Shown here: positions 30,259-40,969 of the stretch, piece by piece | Layout of the letters: every line of letters begins with the position of its first letter | Position numbering within the stretch: the stretch's first letter is position 1 | Assembly: GCA_963705305.1 (NCBI GenBank) | Contig: OY970067.1 | Coordinates: 1,664,001 to 1,728,000, forward strand | Direction of reading: 5' to 3' | DNA length: 64,000 bases | Source: an uncultured Methylomirabilota bacterium | GTDB taxonomy: Bacteria; Methylomirabilota; Methylomirabilia; Methylomirabilales; 2-02-FULL-66-22 | The notes under the pieces: model-generated | Seen by the model: the letters and a program-made list of their open reading frames with translations, nothing else | Database searches by the model: none | Told to the model about the DNA's origin: nothing | Position numbers and translations under genes: made by a program

Positions 30259-32160
30259 CTAAATGTCTTGCCTATGATAAAGTTGCTGAACATGTTCACA
30301 CCAGTTCCCAACGTTCCACACACCGTAAGCGCCTAACCCTCCAAGGGGGTGCGGTCCATAATATACCGGCACATGAACCAGCGACAAGCCTTCATACTTG
30401 GAGGCGTCGATGAGAGCCTTTCGAAGGGAGTCGGGAGTGTTCCCGCCGTCCAAGCACCGCAGTCCCGGAATAACCGAACCCAACCGGAGATAGTTCACAC
30501 GCACCGAGCTGCTAGTGCGAAACGCATGGCCGTACTGAGCCTCCTGCAATCCTGAAATGGCTGCCATTCGGCAGTTATCCAAGAGCAGGATTGTCCCGCG
30601 CACACCGTGCTCCACACCGTCCAGCAGGACCTGAGGATTCATGATAAATGAGCCCTCGCCACTGAAAGCAATCCCGTATTGCGGTGCATCAGCAATCGCC
30701 GACGCAAGCAGGGCACTCACTGCAAACCCCATATAGGAGGCACCCGTCTCAGTAATGGTCTGCATTGGCTCATCGTCTTCTACCACTTGAAATCCTACCG
30801 CCTGTACATCTCCCGCATCAAAATACTTGACCGCGCCAATCTCCTTGGCAAAATCCGCGGCGATTTTGATCGCCGCGGGCTGGGTCAGGACGTGACCTCC
30901 CCACAAATCATCCCAGAGAGCAGGATTGGCGTACCGCTCTGCCTTAAACCCCTCCCACTCTCGCTTTTTCTCGGCAGCCAGTTGCAACCAACTGGCCCCT
31001 TGCTCTCGATCAGTCCCACCGTGTTGTTCCAGAGCAGCAAGAAGCTGACGGATCACAACACCAATGTCGCCTGCCAAAGCGACTGTGCGGTTGTAATGCG
31101 TTGCATCTGTCAGATCCGCATTGATATTTATCACACCGTCAACCGAGGCATAGGCGGTGCCTGAACAGTCCGCTTGGCACACACCACGTGACCCGATTAC
31201 GATAAGTAGGTCCGCTTGGCTCGTCATGAAATTCCCCGACAGCGAGCCCTTGCTCCCACCTACTCCCATGTTCCGCGGGTCGCCACGTGCCAGGATTCCT
31301 AACGCCCCGGGTGACAGAACGGCGACCCCATTCACCGCCTGAACCAGGGCCCGGATCTCAGACGGAAACAAGCGGCCACCCCCACCGACCTTCATGATGA
31401 TCCGGTGATGAGTCTGAATTAATTCGACGGCTTTCTCTAGGACATGGGCATCGCCCACAGCCGCCGGCGGCGCTGTGATGGCATCCGGCAAAGCGCGCAA
31501 GTTAAGCACCACCTGCATTGGCTGGGTATTCAAGGGCAGGAGCAAAAAGAAGGGAACGGCTCGGAAAGAGCGGTGCACTGCAATACTCCCCCGACGCAAA
31601 GCCGCCCGCAATGCCTCCGGCGTATGCAAGGTGTAAGACTCCCCCATCAGCGCCGTCAGTTGCCCGAAAAGGCCCTGGACATGCTTGGGGATGGCCTGCA
31701 TGTTCGGACCTTCCCCGTGGGTTGTCTCATCCCCATAGATATGGTAGAGACCGATCCCGTTGGAGACGGCAGCGAGCGAGCCAGCAAATGCCTGCAGGGC
31801 ACCAGGGCCAATAGAGGTCACCACCGCCGGCGTCTCACCATACTGCCATTTGAGCGTGGTTGCCGCATGCGCCATGGCCGTTTCGTGTCGAAAATTGAAC
31901 GTCCGCGTTAGCCCAGCCTCTTCATAGACGCGAAGCACCTCACCCAAATCGGTGGACCCATGTCCAAACACAACGAGGTACTTTCGCACCCCTTGTTTGA
32001 GAAGGCCCAGCACCACACCCTCCGACAAGGTCGTAGTGATCGCTTGCGGGACTGCACCGCTCGAGATTGCCCTTTCGAGCCCTCCTGCTTGCGCGATTGC
32101 TCTCGCTCTCGCTTGCATTACCTCAAGACGCCCCATGTGCTGTGCCGGTACGTTCCCCAT
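30259..32160 (-). CDS. ThDP-dependent enzyme, IolD-like (trihydroxycyclohexanedione acylhydrolase family)
   Basis: Motifs FGHG, RHETAMAHAA, TSIGPG and ThDP motif GEGSFIMN...LLDN followed by ISGLQ; this arrangement is typical of IolD-like proteins. Confidence 0.75.
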   Translation of the reverse strand: MGNVPAQHMGRLEVMQARARAIAQAGGLERAISSGAVPQAITTTLSEGVVLGLLKQGVRKYLVVFGHGSTDLGEVLRVYEEAGLTRTFNFRHETAMAHAATTLKWQYGETPAVVTSIGPGALQAFAGSLAAVSNGIGLYHIYGDETTHGEGPNMQAIPKHVQGLFGQLTALMGESYTLHTPEALRAALRRGSIAVHRSFRAVPFFLLLPLNTQPMQVVLNLRALPDAITAPPAAVGDAHVLEKAVELIQTHHRIIMKVGGGGRLFPSEIRALVQAVNGVAVLSPGALGILARGDPRNMGVGGSKGSLSGNFMTSQADLLIVIGSRGVCQADCSGTAYASVDGVININADLTDATHYNRTVALAGDIGVVIRQLLAALEQHGGTDREQGASWLQLAAEKKREWEGFKAERYANPALWDDLWGGHVLTQPAAIKIAADFAKEIGAVKYFDAGDVQAVGFQVVEDDEPMQTITETGASYMGFAVSALLASAIADAPQYGIAFSGEGSFIMNPQVLLDGVEHGVRGTILLLDNCRMAAISGLQEAQYGHAFRTSSSVRVNYLRLGSVIPGLRCLDGGNTPDSLRKALIDASKYEGLSLVHVPVYYGPHPLGGLGAYGVWNVGNWCEHVQQLYHRQDI

Positions 32161-32413
32161 GATCTTCCACCTGCCTGCTTCTGCTCCGTGATGAACCCAC
32201 AATGTACTGGGCATCTAATCGGGCTCTGCCCTCGTTCCCACGGGAAGACTCGCACGGTCCTGGAGGTCGCACCCTCCTGTCGGATCTAAAGTCTCGCGTA
32301 TCAGCGCGACGTACCCACACCTATTGCACCCACCCGTAATAAGGTCGTCCGTAATCCACCCCGAAAACGCTTCTCGCCCTTTCCTACCCTCTTTCCTCCA
32401 TCCCCCACTCACT

Positions 32414-33274
32414 TCAACCCTTCACTGCTCCAGCAGTCATTCCAGCAACGAAATAACGTTGGAAAAACATATACACGATGACGACTGGAAGTGAGCCCAA
32501 GAGAGCTGCTGCCATAAGCGGACCCCAAAAAAACACATCACCGAGGACAAGTTGACTCACCACTCCTACAGGCACAGTTTTACTGGCGTCGCTTTGGATG
32601 AAAACCAGGGCGTACAAGAATTCATTCCAGGACAGAGTAAATGCAAAAATCCCTGCCGACACAAGGCCGGGCAAGCTAACTGGTAGGACAATGCGAACCA
32701 ACGTGCGAATTCTTCCACACCCATCCATCATCGCGCATTCTTCAATTTCTTTCGGGATGGTCCTAAAATACCCCATAAGCATCCAGGAGCAGAATGGAAC
32801 CAAAAACGTGGGATACGTCACGATAAGCGCGAAGTCAGAGTTTCCAAGTCCGAGCGCTTGAACGACGTGTGCTAGAGGGATGAACATCATCGCTGGCGGG
32901 ACCAAGTAGGTAACGAAGAGCCCTGTCGCCATCCACGTGGATCCGCGAAAACGTAGTCGAGCTAGGCTGTAGCCCGTCAAGATTCCAACGATTAGAGAGA
33001 TAACCGTTGCTCCAAGGGCGACAACTACGCTGTTTCGCAGCCACACAAGAAAGGGAAGTTTTGTGAACAGATACACATAGTGCTCCCAGGTAACCCGCGG
33101 GAGTGCGAACGGAGAAAGGGAGATGTTATACAAGTCCCCGTTTGGTTTGAGTGAGGTGATAGTAATCCAGACAAACGGAAACAAATTAAAAATCAGGAAA
33201 GGCACAAGGACGGCGTAGGCCATTATGCTGTAAACGCGAGAATTCCAACCGGCCGTCGCACCGAGGGAACGCAT
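32414..33274 (-). CDS. Carbohydrate ABC permease (MalG-type)
   Basis: EAA loop IPKEIEECAMMDG; WNEFLYAL; GMTAGAVKG. Confidence 0.92.
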   Translation of the reverse strand: MRSLGATAGWNSRVYSIMAYAVLVPFLIFNLFPFVWITITSLKPNGDLYNISLSPFALPRVTWEHYVYLFTKLPFLVWLRNSVVVALGATVISLIVGILTGYSLARLRFRGSTWMATGLFVTYLVPPAMMFIPLAHVVQALGLGNSDFALIVTYPTFLVPFCSWMLMGYFRTIPKEIEECAMMDGCGRIRTLVRIVLPVSLPGLVSAGIFAFTLSWNEFLYALVFIQSDASKTVPVGVVSQLVLGDVFFWGPLMAAALLGSLPVVIVYMFFQRYFVAGMTAGAVKG

Positions 33275-33275
33275 C

Positions 33276-34250
33276 CTAGACCTCCGTCCTGCGCAGATAC
33301 AGGAGTTGCAGGTAGATCATTACTACCAATACAGGAAAGAGGTAGAGGGAGATCGCGACCGCCTCTCCGATTCTACCTGCGACGAGTCCGGTCTGGTACG
33401 CCAACGTGGCAAAGATGTGAGTGCTGTTCATCGGGCCGCCGCGAGTAATAATGTAGACAATCTCAAAATCGAAAAACGTCCAAATCGTGGAGAATAGCGT
33501 GACGACTGCAAGTACGCTCTGCAGATGGGGTAGGGTCACATGCAGAAACCGATGCCAGGCACTTGCACCGTCGATAGCAGCTGCTTCGTAGAGTTCTTCC
33601 GGAATGGTCTGAAGCCCTCCAAGTAGTGCAATGCCAAAGAAGGGCGTGCCTCGCCACACATTCACGATGATCACGGAAACCAGGGCCAAATGTGGCGAAG
33701 CGAGCCAGAGAAATCCCTGCTTGCTAATTCCAAGCGTCCGGAGAAGATAGTTGATGACCCCAAACATGTCGTTATACATCCAAAGCCACACAAGGGCACT
33801 CAGCGCGGTGGGGATGACCCAGGGGAGGAGGAGAATTCCACGAAAGAAACTGCGGAGCCAATCAATCTGGTTGAGCGCCAACGCCATCACTGTTCCGAGC
33901 GCTACTTTTAGGATCACTGAAACGATGCAGTAAATTGCAGCATTATGGAGCATCTGACGGAAAATGTCGCTGCGTGCCAGCGCGATAAAATTCTGCAAGC
34001 CTGTGAATTTCCCAGCTTGCCCGATTACTTTATCTGTGAAGCTCCACGTTACGGCCAGCACAAACGGATACGCCATTAGGCCGAGGACTAAAATAAGGAT
34101 CGGAAGCATCATAAGATAGGCAGTTGTTTCCTCATGGTTAGAGAATACGCGAAGGTATCTCGTTCGGGTTGCGGCCACTCCTGCAAGGGGAACATCCATT
34201 CTTCCCCCTATATCTTTCTGAGAAACACCGCCCCGTTCCGATGAGATCAT
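33276..34250 (-). CDS. Carbohydrate ABC permease (MalF-type)
   Basis: LLPWVIP, GLQTIPEELYEAAAIDGA and TRGGP; AGGAG upstream of ATG 34250. Confidence 0.92.
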   Translation of the reverse strand: MISSERGGVSQKDIGGRMDVPLAGVAATRTRYLRVFSNHEETTAYLMMLPILILVLGLMAYPFVLAVTWSFTDKVIGQAGKFTGLQNFIALARSDIFRQMLHNAAIYCIVSVILKVALGTVMALALNQIDWLRSFFRGILLLPWVIPTALSALVWLWMYNDMFGVINYLLRTLGISKQGFLWLASPHLALVSVIIVNVWRGTPFFGIALLGGLQTIPEELYEAAAIDGASAWHRFLHVTLPHLQSVLAVVTLFSTIWTFFDFEIVYIITRGGPMNSTHIFATLAYQTGLVAGRIGEAVAISLYLFPVLVVMIYLQLLYLRRTEV

Positions 34251-34570
34251 CGAATCTCCTGTTGTGCCCACCTGTTTGCCGGGATCTTTGCCCACCTCAC
34301 AAATGCGAGCCGATTGCTGGCTTCATGGCACGTTGAATTGTGGATTCTGAGGCAACACCGAAAGCAATTGGCCTAGTGCTATTCCGTACAACCTTCACAC
34401 CCCAAACCCCCAAGTTCTCAGGAAGTGCAGGCCCCCGCTTAGTTCAAATAGGCCTGCTCGTAAGGGCTCCCCGGGTGTCTCAATTTTTCGGTACCTTGGG
34501 TCCTGGTCGCCAATCTCGCCTTTGGTGCCTTGGTAGCGGGACAATTACCGGATCAAGGGTTAAGGGCTTT

Positions 34571-34602
34571 TCCCCTGTCAGGACCTGCGCCCTGACAGGG
34601 GA
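34571..34602. terminator. Strong stem-loop between the SBP and permease genes (terminator or mRNA stabiliser)
   Basis: TCCCCTGTCAGG-N8-CCTGACAGGGGA, a perfect 12-bp stem 13 nt after the SBP stop; no U-tract in the sense direction. Confidence 0.55.
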
Positions 34603-34615
34603 GTCGGCCACCAGC

Positions 34616-35878
34616 CTACTGTCTGGAATAGATCTCTTTCATTTCTGCCACCGCTTTGTTTATCGATTCCTGGACCGGCATTCCTTGGGCAACCCTCGCT
34701 GCCATATCTACCAGGATGAACTTCGCATTCACCTCCGCTGCCGCCCGGGTAACCGGCCCCGGCCAGCCGATGGCCCGAACGTATTGCGAAACTTCAGCAT
34801 ACGCTTTCAGGTTCGGATCTTTCGTCCACATGGGAAGGCCGACATATGCGCCCAGGATCGGGCTCATGTTTCCCTCGCCCGACTCGAGCCATTTCCCATA
34901 CTGCTCCGGCGCCATCAGATACCGGATCAAATCCTTCGCCAGGCCTTGATTCTTGCTGTACTTGAACACGCCGAACTCATACATTTCGGCGTATTGAGCC
35001 CGGGCGACTGGCCCTCGCGGGTAAACGACATGACCGGTAACTGGACGGAGAGCCGGCGCGTCCTTCGTTGTAGCCCAGTAGATGCTTCCCGTATTCCCGG
35101 TCATTGAGATAGCTCCGGCGAGATACATGCGATTATTCGAGGAGTCATCCCAGCCTAACACGGCCGGAGGCATTTCTTTGTAAAGCTTCGCGATGAATTC
35201 GAGAGCCTCGCGAGTTTCGGGAGAGTTGAGCGCGATCGTTTTGCCGTTCTTTTCCACTTCCTTGGCCCCATATGACCAGAGGACGGAATAGACAAAATTG
35301 TTAGCATCACCGGTGGCATGGCCAAGCGGGAATCCCACCGGATGGCCTTCTGCCTGCAGCTTCTTCCCAATTCGGAGGACGTCCTCCCAGGTATCCGGAG
35401 GCGTTTCTCCCACTTTTTTGATCAGGTCTTTGCGATAAACAAGGGCGTGGAAAGAGCCATAGTGGGGGACGGCTTTCCAGTGGCCCCCGACGATGCAGAC
35501 CTGCTTGGCAACGTCCACCCAACCACCGAGCTTGGCTCCGAGGTCGTTCGCAACATCGTCCATGTTGATAAGCTTATCGGCGAACAGATTGGGGCCCGTG
35601 ACCGGGAAGTAGATGATATCCGGCCCAACACCGGTCTCTGCGGCCGCCGCGGCTTTCGCGGTTAGATCATCCAGCGATACAAACTCGACCTCTGCCGAGA
35701 CACCTTTCGACTTCGCCCAATCCTGGACTTGCTGCTTAAACACATCATTGGTAGTGGGTGTAAATTGCCCGCGAACCGTAACGGTGAGTCTCGTTTGCGC
35801 TGAAGCCTTTGGAGCGCCTGCTCCCAAAGTAAGTACCAGTGTCGCAACCACACAGAACATCCATCCCAAGCGTTTCAT
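34616..35878 (-). CDS. Carbohydrate (CUT1) ABC substrate-binding protein, Sec signal
   Basis: Signal peptide ending ASA; PPDTWED, LWSYGA and WDDSSNNRMYLAG. Confidence 0.9.
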   Translation of the reverse strand: MKRLGWMFCVVATLVLTLGAGAPKASAQTRLTVTVRGQFTPTTNDVFKQQVQDWAKSKGVSAEVEFVSLDDLTAKAAAAAETGVGPDIIYFPVTGPNLFADKLINMDDVANDLGAKLGGWVDVAKQVCIVGGHWKAVPHYGSFHALVYRKDLIKKVGETPPDTWEDVLRIGKKLQAEGHPVGFPLGHATGDANNFVYSVLWSYGAKEVEKNGKTIALNSPETREALEFIAKLYKEMPPAVLGWDDSSNNRMYLAGAISMTGNTGSIYWATTKDAPALRPVTGHVVYPRGPVARAQYAEMYEFGVFKYSKNQGLAKDLIRYLMAPEQYGKWLESGEGNMSPILGAYVGLPMWTKDPNLKAYAEVSQYVRAIGWPGPVTRAAAEVNAKFILVDMAARVAQGMPVQESINKAVAEMKEIYSRQ

Positions 35879-36000
35879 CTGACTCTCCTCCATTCCGCCG
35901 ATTGTAACGGAAGATCGTCTTGCTCCTTCAAACCATTCCCACGCTACACGGCATCACCTCCTTCGAGGGGTTTGGCTATCGCGCGGTCGAGAGGACCAGC

Positions 36001-36891
36001 TTAGCGTGAAAAACTTGCCCATTCTTCGACGAGCTTGACGACCGCTGAGGCATCCTCACGCCCCAAGCCTTTGGATTGCGCAATGAGGTTGATCTGCTGC
36101 GCTGCTGCCCCGAGGATGAGGGGAACCCCCAACCGCTGGCTCGTCTCGAGCACAACGTTCATGTCTTTTATCTGAATGTCGAGCGCCCCTCGGGTCGTGA
36201 AGTCGCGATTGATGATCAAGGGGAGCTTGTCGCGCCACACCCATGAATCTCCCGCACTGTTTTTGATCGCCTCATGAACCAAGGACAGGTCCAAGCCAGA
36301 CTTCTCGGCGAGGACTACGGCCTCGGCCATCACAATGAAGCCGACTGTGACGAGGAGCTGATTGATCATTTTGACGGTCTGCCCATCACCGAGGTTCTTC
36401 CCGCAGAAGTACACGTTCCTCGCCACGGCCCGTAAGATGGGACGCGCAGCCTCGAAGACTTGCGGGTCGCCTCCTAACATCAGAGTGAGGTTCCCGCTTT
36501 GGGCACCCCGAACGCCACCGCTCATCGGGGAATCCAGCACCCGCACATCTCGAGGTACTGCGGCTTGTCCAACACCCTGAACCTCTCCGGGGGAAATCGT
36601 GGAACAGATGGACAAGGTTGTGCCTGCTTGCATGCCTGCCAAGACGCCATTTGCGCCCAATATCGCCTCTTGGATCTGGGGAAAATTAAGGAGGACCGAG
36701 AAGATAAAACTGCTCTTAGAGCCAAGGTCGCGAGGCGAGGCGGCCGCGTGCGCCCCCTCGGCAACAAGCGCTTGAACGGGCTCCGGCCTGACGTCGTAAA
36801 CCCAAACCTCATGACCTCCCTTGATCGAGTTACGCGCAATACCGGAACCCATAGATCCCAATCCAATTACCCCCACACTTGCTTTCATCAT
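36001..36891 (-). CDS. NAD(P)-dependent beta-hydroxyacid dehydrogenase
   Basis: Motifs GVIGLGSMG, DSPMSGG, KMINQ and KDM; paralogous to 22590-23504. Confidence 0.9.
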   Translation of the reverse strand: MMKASVGVIGLGSMGSGIARNSIKGGHEVWVYDVRPEPVQALVAEGAHAAASPRDLGSKSSFIFSVLLNFPQIQEAILGANGVLAGMQAGTTLSICSTISPGEVQGVGQAAVPRDVRVLDSPMSGGVRGAQSGNLTLMLGGDPQVFEAARPILRAVARNVYFCGKNLGDGQTVKMINQLLVTVGFIVMAEAVVLAEKSGLDLSLVHEAIKNSAGDSWVWRDKLPLIINRDFTTRGALDIQIKDMNVVLETSQRLGVPLILGAAAQQINLIAQSKGLGREDASAVVKLVEEWASFSR

Positions 36892-36904
36892 GGCTCCTCT
36901 CAGG

Positions 36905-37835
36905 CTACTTACGGCCCATACTTTCGGACTGGACTGATGCTCGCCAAGGCTGCAGCTGTTTGAGAATGCGTCGTGCCTTCCTCCGGAATCCCTGCGAGAC
37001 CGGCATCGCCGGACGTTCTGGGTGGTCCGGCAGGAAGACCTGTCAGTTCAAGGCAGGCCTTTATTGTCCCGGGGAAGGGACCTGTTCGGAACAGGATGTC
37101 GAACGGCTCTAATACCTTGTGGAGGCGCTCGATTTCTGCACGCTTCCCCTGGCGGGCCGCTTCGTACAAGGCAATGAATTCCCGTGGGGCCACATTCGCG
37201 GTCGCGAGAACAGCCCCGCGTGCACCGAGTTGTACTGCCGCGGCAAAATCCAGTTGACCAGCGGGTAGGTAACGGAAGGCCCCTCCCTGAAGCGGTACAC
37301 ATGCTTTCGCGAGCCGAAGGTTTCCGGTCCCATCGAAGATCCCGGCAAAGCGATTCGACATGCGCGCAAGCCGCTTGACCGTCTTCACGTCCAGCGCCAC
37401 ACCGCCCGCACGGGCGGGATTGTTGTACGCGTACACCGGGCAGCGCACGCCGCGGATGATCGCCCGATAGTGCTGATACAGTTCCTCTGTCGAGGGCTTC
37501 AGGTAGTAGGGCGTGATCAGACCTAATCCATCCACGCCCTCTGTTTCCGCCTCTTGGGAGATGTGAAGTGTCTCTTTGGTGGAGACAGTCCCGGAATTGA
37601 CAATGACTGGCACGCGACCTGACACTGCCCTCACGCCAGCGCGGGCGATGCGCCGCCGCTCCTCCCGCGTCAGCGAGAAGAACTCCCCCTGGCTAGCAAG
37701 CAGGTATACCCCGTGCACCCCAGCCCTCAGGAGAAACTCGATGAGTTCCCGGAGTGCACCGAGATCAGGCTCCTGGGTCGGATTCATGGGAGTGACGGTC
37801 GCGACCACGATGCCGTGTAGATCTTTCACGTACAT
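36905..37835 (-). CDS. DapA/DHDPS-family aldolase (KDG-aldolase-like); one-base frameshift near the 3' end
   Basis: VTP, GEFFSLTREER, ITPYY and YNNP motifs. The usual Schiff-base 'GIKD' reads 'GIFD'. Removing one base at 37012-37018 gives the family-like tail GPPRRPAMPVS. Confidence 0.8.
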
Positions 37836-37854
37836 ACCCCTGGCCTACATCTAT

Positions 37855-38697
37855 CTATCCGTCTGATTGTCTGCGGAACAACTTTCTAAAGGCCAATCCT
37901 TGCTCCATACAATACTTGTATATGACTTCTACATCCCAGCCTATGCAGAAGTGCTTTACCCCCATTCGCAAGTAGCAATCCGCTCCCTTGCATTCACCGA
38001 GTTCGACTCGGGGAGTAACCCCCATGGCAAGCGCTGTCTCGATGGTGTAGCGCTCAGCTTCCCTAACCCTTGGGTGATTCCATTGCCCGGGAATTCCAAT
38101 GCTCATAGAATAGTCAGCAGGGCCAAACTGGACCATATCTATCCCAGGAACCGCAAGGATGTCTTTAAGCCGCTCTATGGCAGACTCTTTCTCGATCATA
38201 ATACCAATGACACTATCTTGAAGCTGATCCACATACACCTCTGAGCCTGGGGACATTACATACCCGACATCTCTCCTCATTCCTGCCCCATTCCTGCCAC
38301 CACCGACTGGTGATTCGGACCGTACGGCAGCAACACACTGCATTGCATCCTCAACCGTCCGGACATCAGGAAATAGAATATTCTGAATTCCAGAACCAAG
38401 CGCCCGGCTCGCAATGTATGCTCTCGGCTCTTCTTCAACTTTCATCATTGACGACATGTGAGCAAATAAATCTACGGCACGCCCAAAATTCTCCAATGAG
38501 GAGAGATCGTAAGGGGCGTATTCACCCACAAATTCGATATAATCGATGACCCCAGTTTGGCCAATAACCTCCACTAGGCCCGGCCATATCGCATGGACGT
38601 GTGTCCCCAAGCTCGGTTTCCCATCCTTCAAGAGTTCCCTGAGAATGTTTTTTCGCTTGGGCCTCTTTCGATCGTTCATCGGCTGCATTTCTTTCAT
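37855..38697 (-). CDS. HpcH/HpaI-family class II aldolase
   Basis: Motifs GIMIEK, VPGIDMVQFGPADYSMSIG and IGWD. Confidence 0.85.
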   Translation of the reverse strand: MKEMQPMNDRKRPKRKNILRELLKDGKPSLGTHVHAIWPGLVEVIGQTGVIDYIEFVGEYAPYDLSSLENFGRAVDLFAHMSSMMKVEEEPRAYIASRALGSGIQNILFPDVRTVEDAMQCVAAVRSESPVGGGRNGAGMRRDVGYVMSPGSEVYVDQLQDSVIGIMIEKESAIERLKDILAVPGIDMVQFGPADYSMSIGIPGQWNHPRVREAERYTIETALAMGVTPRVELGECKGADCYLRMGVKHFCIGWDVEVIYKYCMEQGLAFRKLFRRQSDG

Positions 38698-39044
38698 ATG
38701 ATTTGCTTCCTTAATCACTTAACCCGGCGATAGCGGACACCCCCATCTTCAAGTCAAGCAGGGCGGGCGACAAGGGCGCCAAAACATAGGGGACGCTTAG
38801 GTGGCATCCGGCCAGCGGAGTGGCGCCTTCGAGCCGGTTCTTCGGCTCGGCGAGCCAGTCCCGTCGACCTCGAGTCGACGTAACCGTGGGATCCGTGCTG
38901 TATGTCCACCGGAGGACTCGACAGCGATCACAGGGCTAACCCCTCAGCTTGCGGCGGAGGGTCGTTGGGATTCCGCCCGCCGCAGTGTAAGTACATTCGA
39001 TGCATTAGTATTTGAAAGGGTCGCCGCCCTAATTCTATCTCATT

Positions 39045-39914
39045 TTAGAAAGAACTGAGAATCTGGGTTGTCTCCTTCTCGGTCAGCGTGACGAATTCAT
39101 GCTTGGACAGCGTATTTTGCAGCATGGCCTGCGTCCATATGTCGAAATCTGGTCGGGCGGGCAGGTCGAACCAGTCTTCGGCAGGCTGTAGTACAACATT
39201 AGGATTGTACTGCCAGGCGATGTCCCAAACCTCCTCTGGGTGTGCCATGAGGAAGATGATTTTCCCTTGATAGCCTTTCTTCATGTGATAGACGCATGGG
39301 ACATAGTGGCCCACCTGCCATCCTATCTTCTTCATCTCTTCGATCGTAAACAAAGCAAAGACTTCGGGGTCGATGCTCAGTTCGTAATTGCCATGCACAT
39401 GGGTGACCCCGCTCACGCGTGGATCTTCAACTAGGTACAGCAGTTCCTTCCAATGTTTGCTAACAAAATACTGTTGAATGATCCGGCGCTCCTTCGGGCC
39501 GACGCACTTGAACTCGAACTGCTTTAGGTAAGTATCCATATAGCCTTTCCCCCACCAGATCAGATTCTTCCCCTCCTCGCCTTCGGCCGGGGGCATTGGC
39601 TTGAGTGCGATCCCCTCCTTGAAGGTGCCGAACATGTCAAAACCAGGCTGAGGGCCGAAGGGGTGCACGCTGTGCAGGCCGGACAAGCCGGGGCGAGGGG
39701 ATGTTAGGTCGATTTTCCGATCGATGGGCAGGCCCTGTTTTTTGAGGTTCGCCGCCACAATCGGGCTAAGGCTGTTCAGGTCAATCGCATTGTTGACAAA
39801 GATGTGGATGTGATAGACCTCCTCCGATGGATGGCGGTATAAATCCAACAACGCATTCCACTGATCGGATTTAAAATAGTCCATCACCTCGCCGACGATC
39901 TGTGCCCGATTCAT
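39045..39914 (-). CDS. Uncharacterised tandem-HxH protein, paralogue X2 (most divergent)
   Basis: YFKSDQW..HIH..RKID..LH..FD and YFVSKHW..HVH..YQGKII..VWD; AAAGGAG RBS. Confidence 0.88.
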   Translation of the reverse strand: MNRAQIVGEVMDYFKSDQWNALLDLYRHPSEEVYHIHIFVNNAIDLNSLSPIVAANLKKQGLPIDRKIDLTSPRPGLSGLHSVHPFGPQPGFDMFGTFKEGIALKPMPPAEGEEGKNLIWWGKGYMDTYLKQFEFKCVGPKERRIIQQYFVSKHWKELLYLVEDPRVSGVTHVHGNYELSIDPEVFALFTIEEMKKIGWQVGHYVPCVYHMKKGYQGKIIFLMAHPEEVWDIAWQYNPNVVLQPAEDWFDLPARPDFDIWTQAMLQNTLSKHEFVTLTEKETTQILSSF

Positions 39915-39939
39915 TGTAGTCTCCTTTTTCATTGCCAAG

Positions 39940-40968
39940 TCACGACAACCTCACCGCCTCGCCTGTCTTGGATCCGTCGTAGATTGCCAACGCAATCCGG
40001 AGAGCCTCGATGCCATCCCGAACGTCGGGGCTGAGCGGCTCCCCTGCAGCCACGGAGCTGATGAAGTGCGAGAGCGCGCCATGGTACCCGTTCAGGACGT
40101 ACGTCTGCCATTCCCGAAAGCTCACATGCGTGGATTGCGGCTCCAGATACTCGGCCGGGGTGGGCTCCTCAAGCATATCTTGCGTCTGACCAATCCGGCG
40201 GGAAGATTTCGGGGGTTTCCACCAGTGGAATATCCGACTGTTGTCCACCACGATAACGTTGTTGTTCCCCACAAGCTCCACCCGCTCTCCGCCAGTGTAC
40301 CAGACACTTAGGCTATTGATATTGTAGGCGCCAACCGCCCCGCTCGCGAACGAGAGCGTGACCGCGAAGGCCACTTGGCCAGCTCGGATTTCGTAGGCCC
40401 GCGTGATGACTTCTCGGACCTCCCCCATGAAGAAGCGGCCTAAATCGAACAAGTGCACGGCGCCGACGGTCAACTGGTCGAGCGTTGACGGCCGGTGACC
40501 ACCGACAAATTTGGCGTCCAGCATCGAGGTGCCGCCGAACTCCGGGAGCATCGAGATGGTCTTGGCTCGCTGATACAACGGGTTGAACCGCTTGTTGAAT
40601 CCGACCATGACCTGCTTCCCTGTCCGCGCCACGGTCTCCGCAATCCGCTCGGCTTCCGCAAGGGTCGTGGCGAGCGGTTTTTCGCTGTAGACATCCAAAC
40701 CAGCCTCGAGGCAGGCCATGGTGAGTTTCGGCTGCACGGTGGGAACGGATAACACGACGGCAGCATCTGCCCGCTCCTTCTTGAGCATCTGCTCCACATC
40801 CGTGTAATGCGGAACATTTCCGAAGCCCCGGGCAGCGCGCTGCGCACGCTCCGAATCGAGATCACAGCATGCAACCACTTCCGCGTCCTCAATCTCCCGG
40901 ATAGAAGGATGGAGTATGATGCTTGCGTGCTTTCCACACCCGACGAGCACCACACGGACTGGTTTCAT
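39940..40968 (-). CDS. Gfo/Idh/MocA-family oxidoreductase
   Basis: Motifs VGCG, SEKPLA, MVGFNKRF and HLFD. Confidence 0.92.
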   Translation of the reverse strand: MKPVRVVLVGCGKHASIILHPSIREIEDAEVVACCDLDSERAQRAARGFGNVPHYTDVEQMLKKERADAAVVLSVPTVQPKLTMACLEAGLDVYSEKPLATTLAEAERIAETVARTGKQVMVGFNKRFNPLYQRAKTISMLPEFGGTSMLDAKFVGGHRPSTLDQLTVGAVHLFDLGRFFMGEVREVITRAYEIRAGQVAFAVTLSFASGAVGAYNINSLSVWYTGGERVELVGNNNVIVVDNSRIFHWWKPPKSSRRIGQTQDMLEEPTPAEYLEPQSTHVSFREWQTYVLNGYHGALSHFISSVAAGEPLSPDVRDGIEALRIALAIYDGSKTGEAVRLS

Positions 40969-40969
40969 A

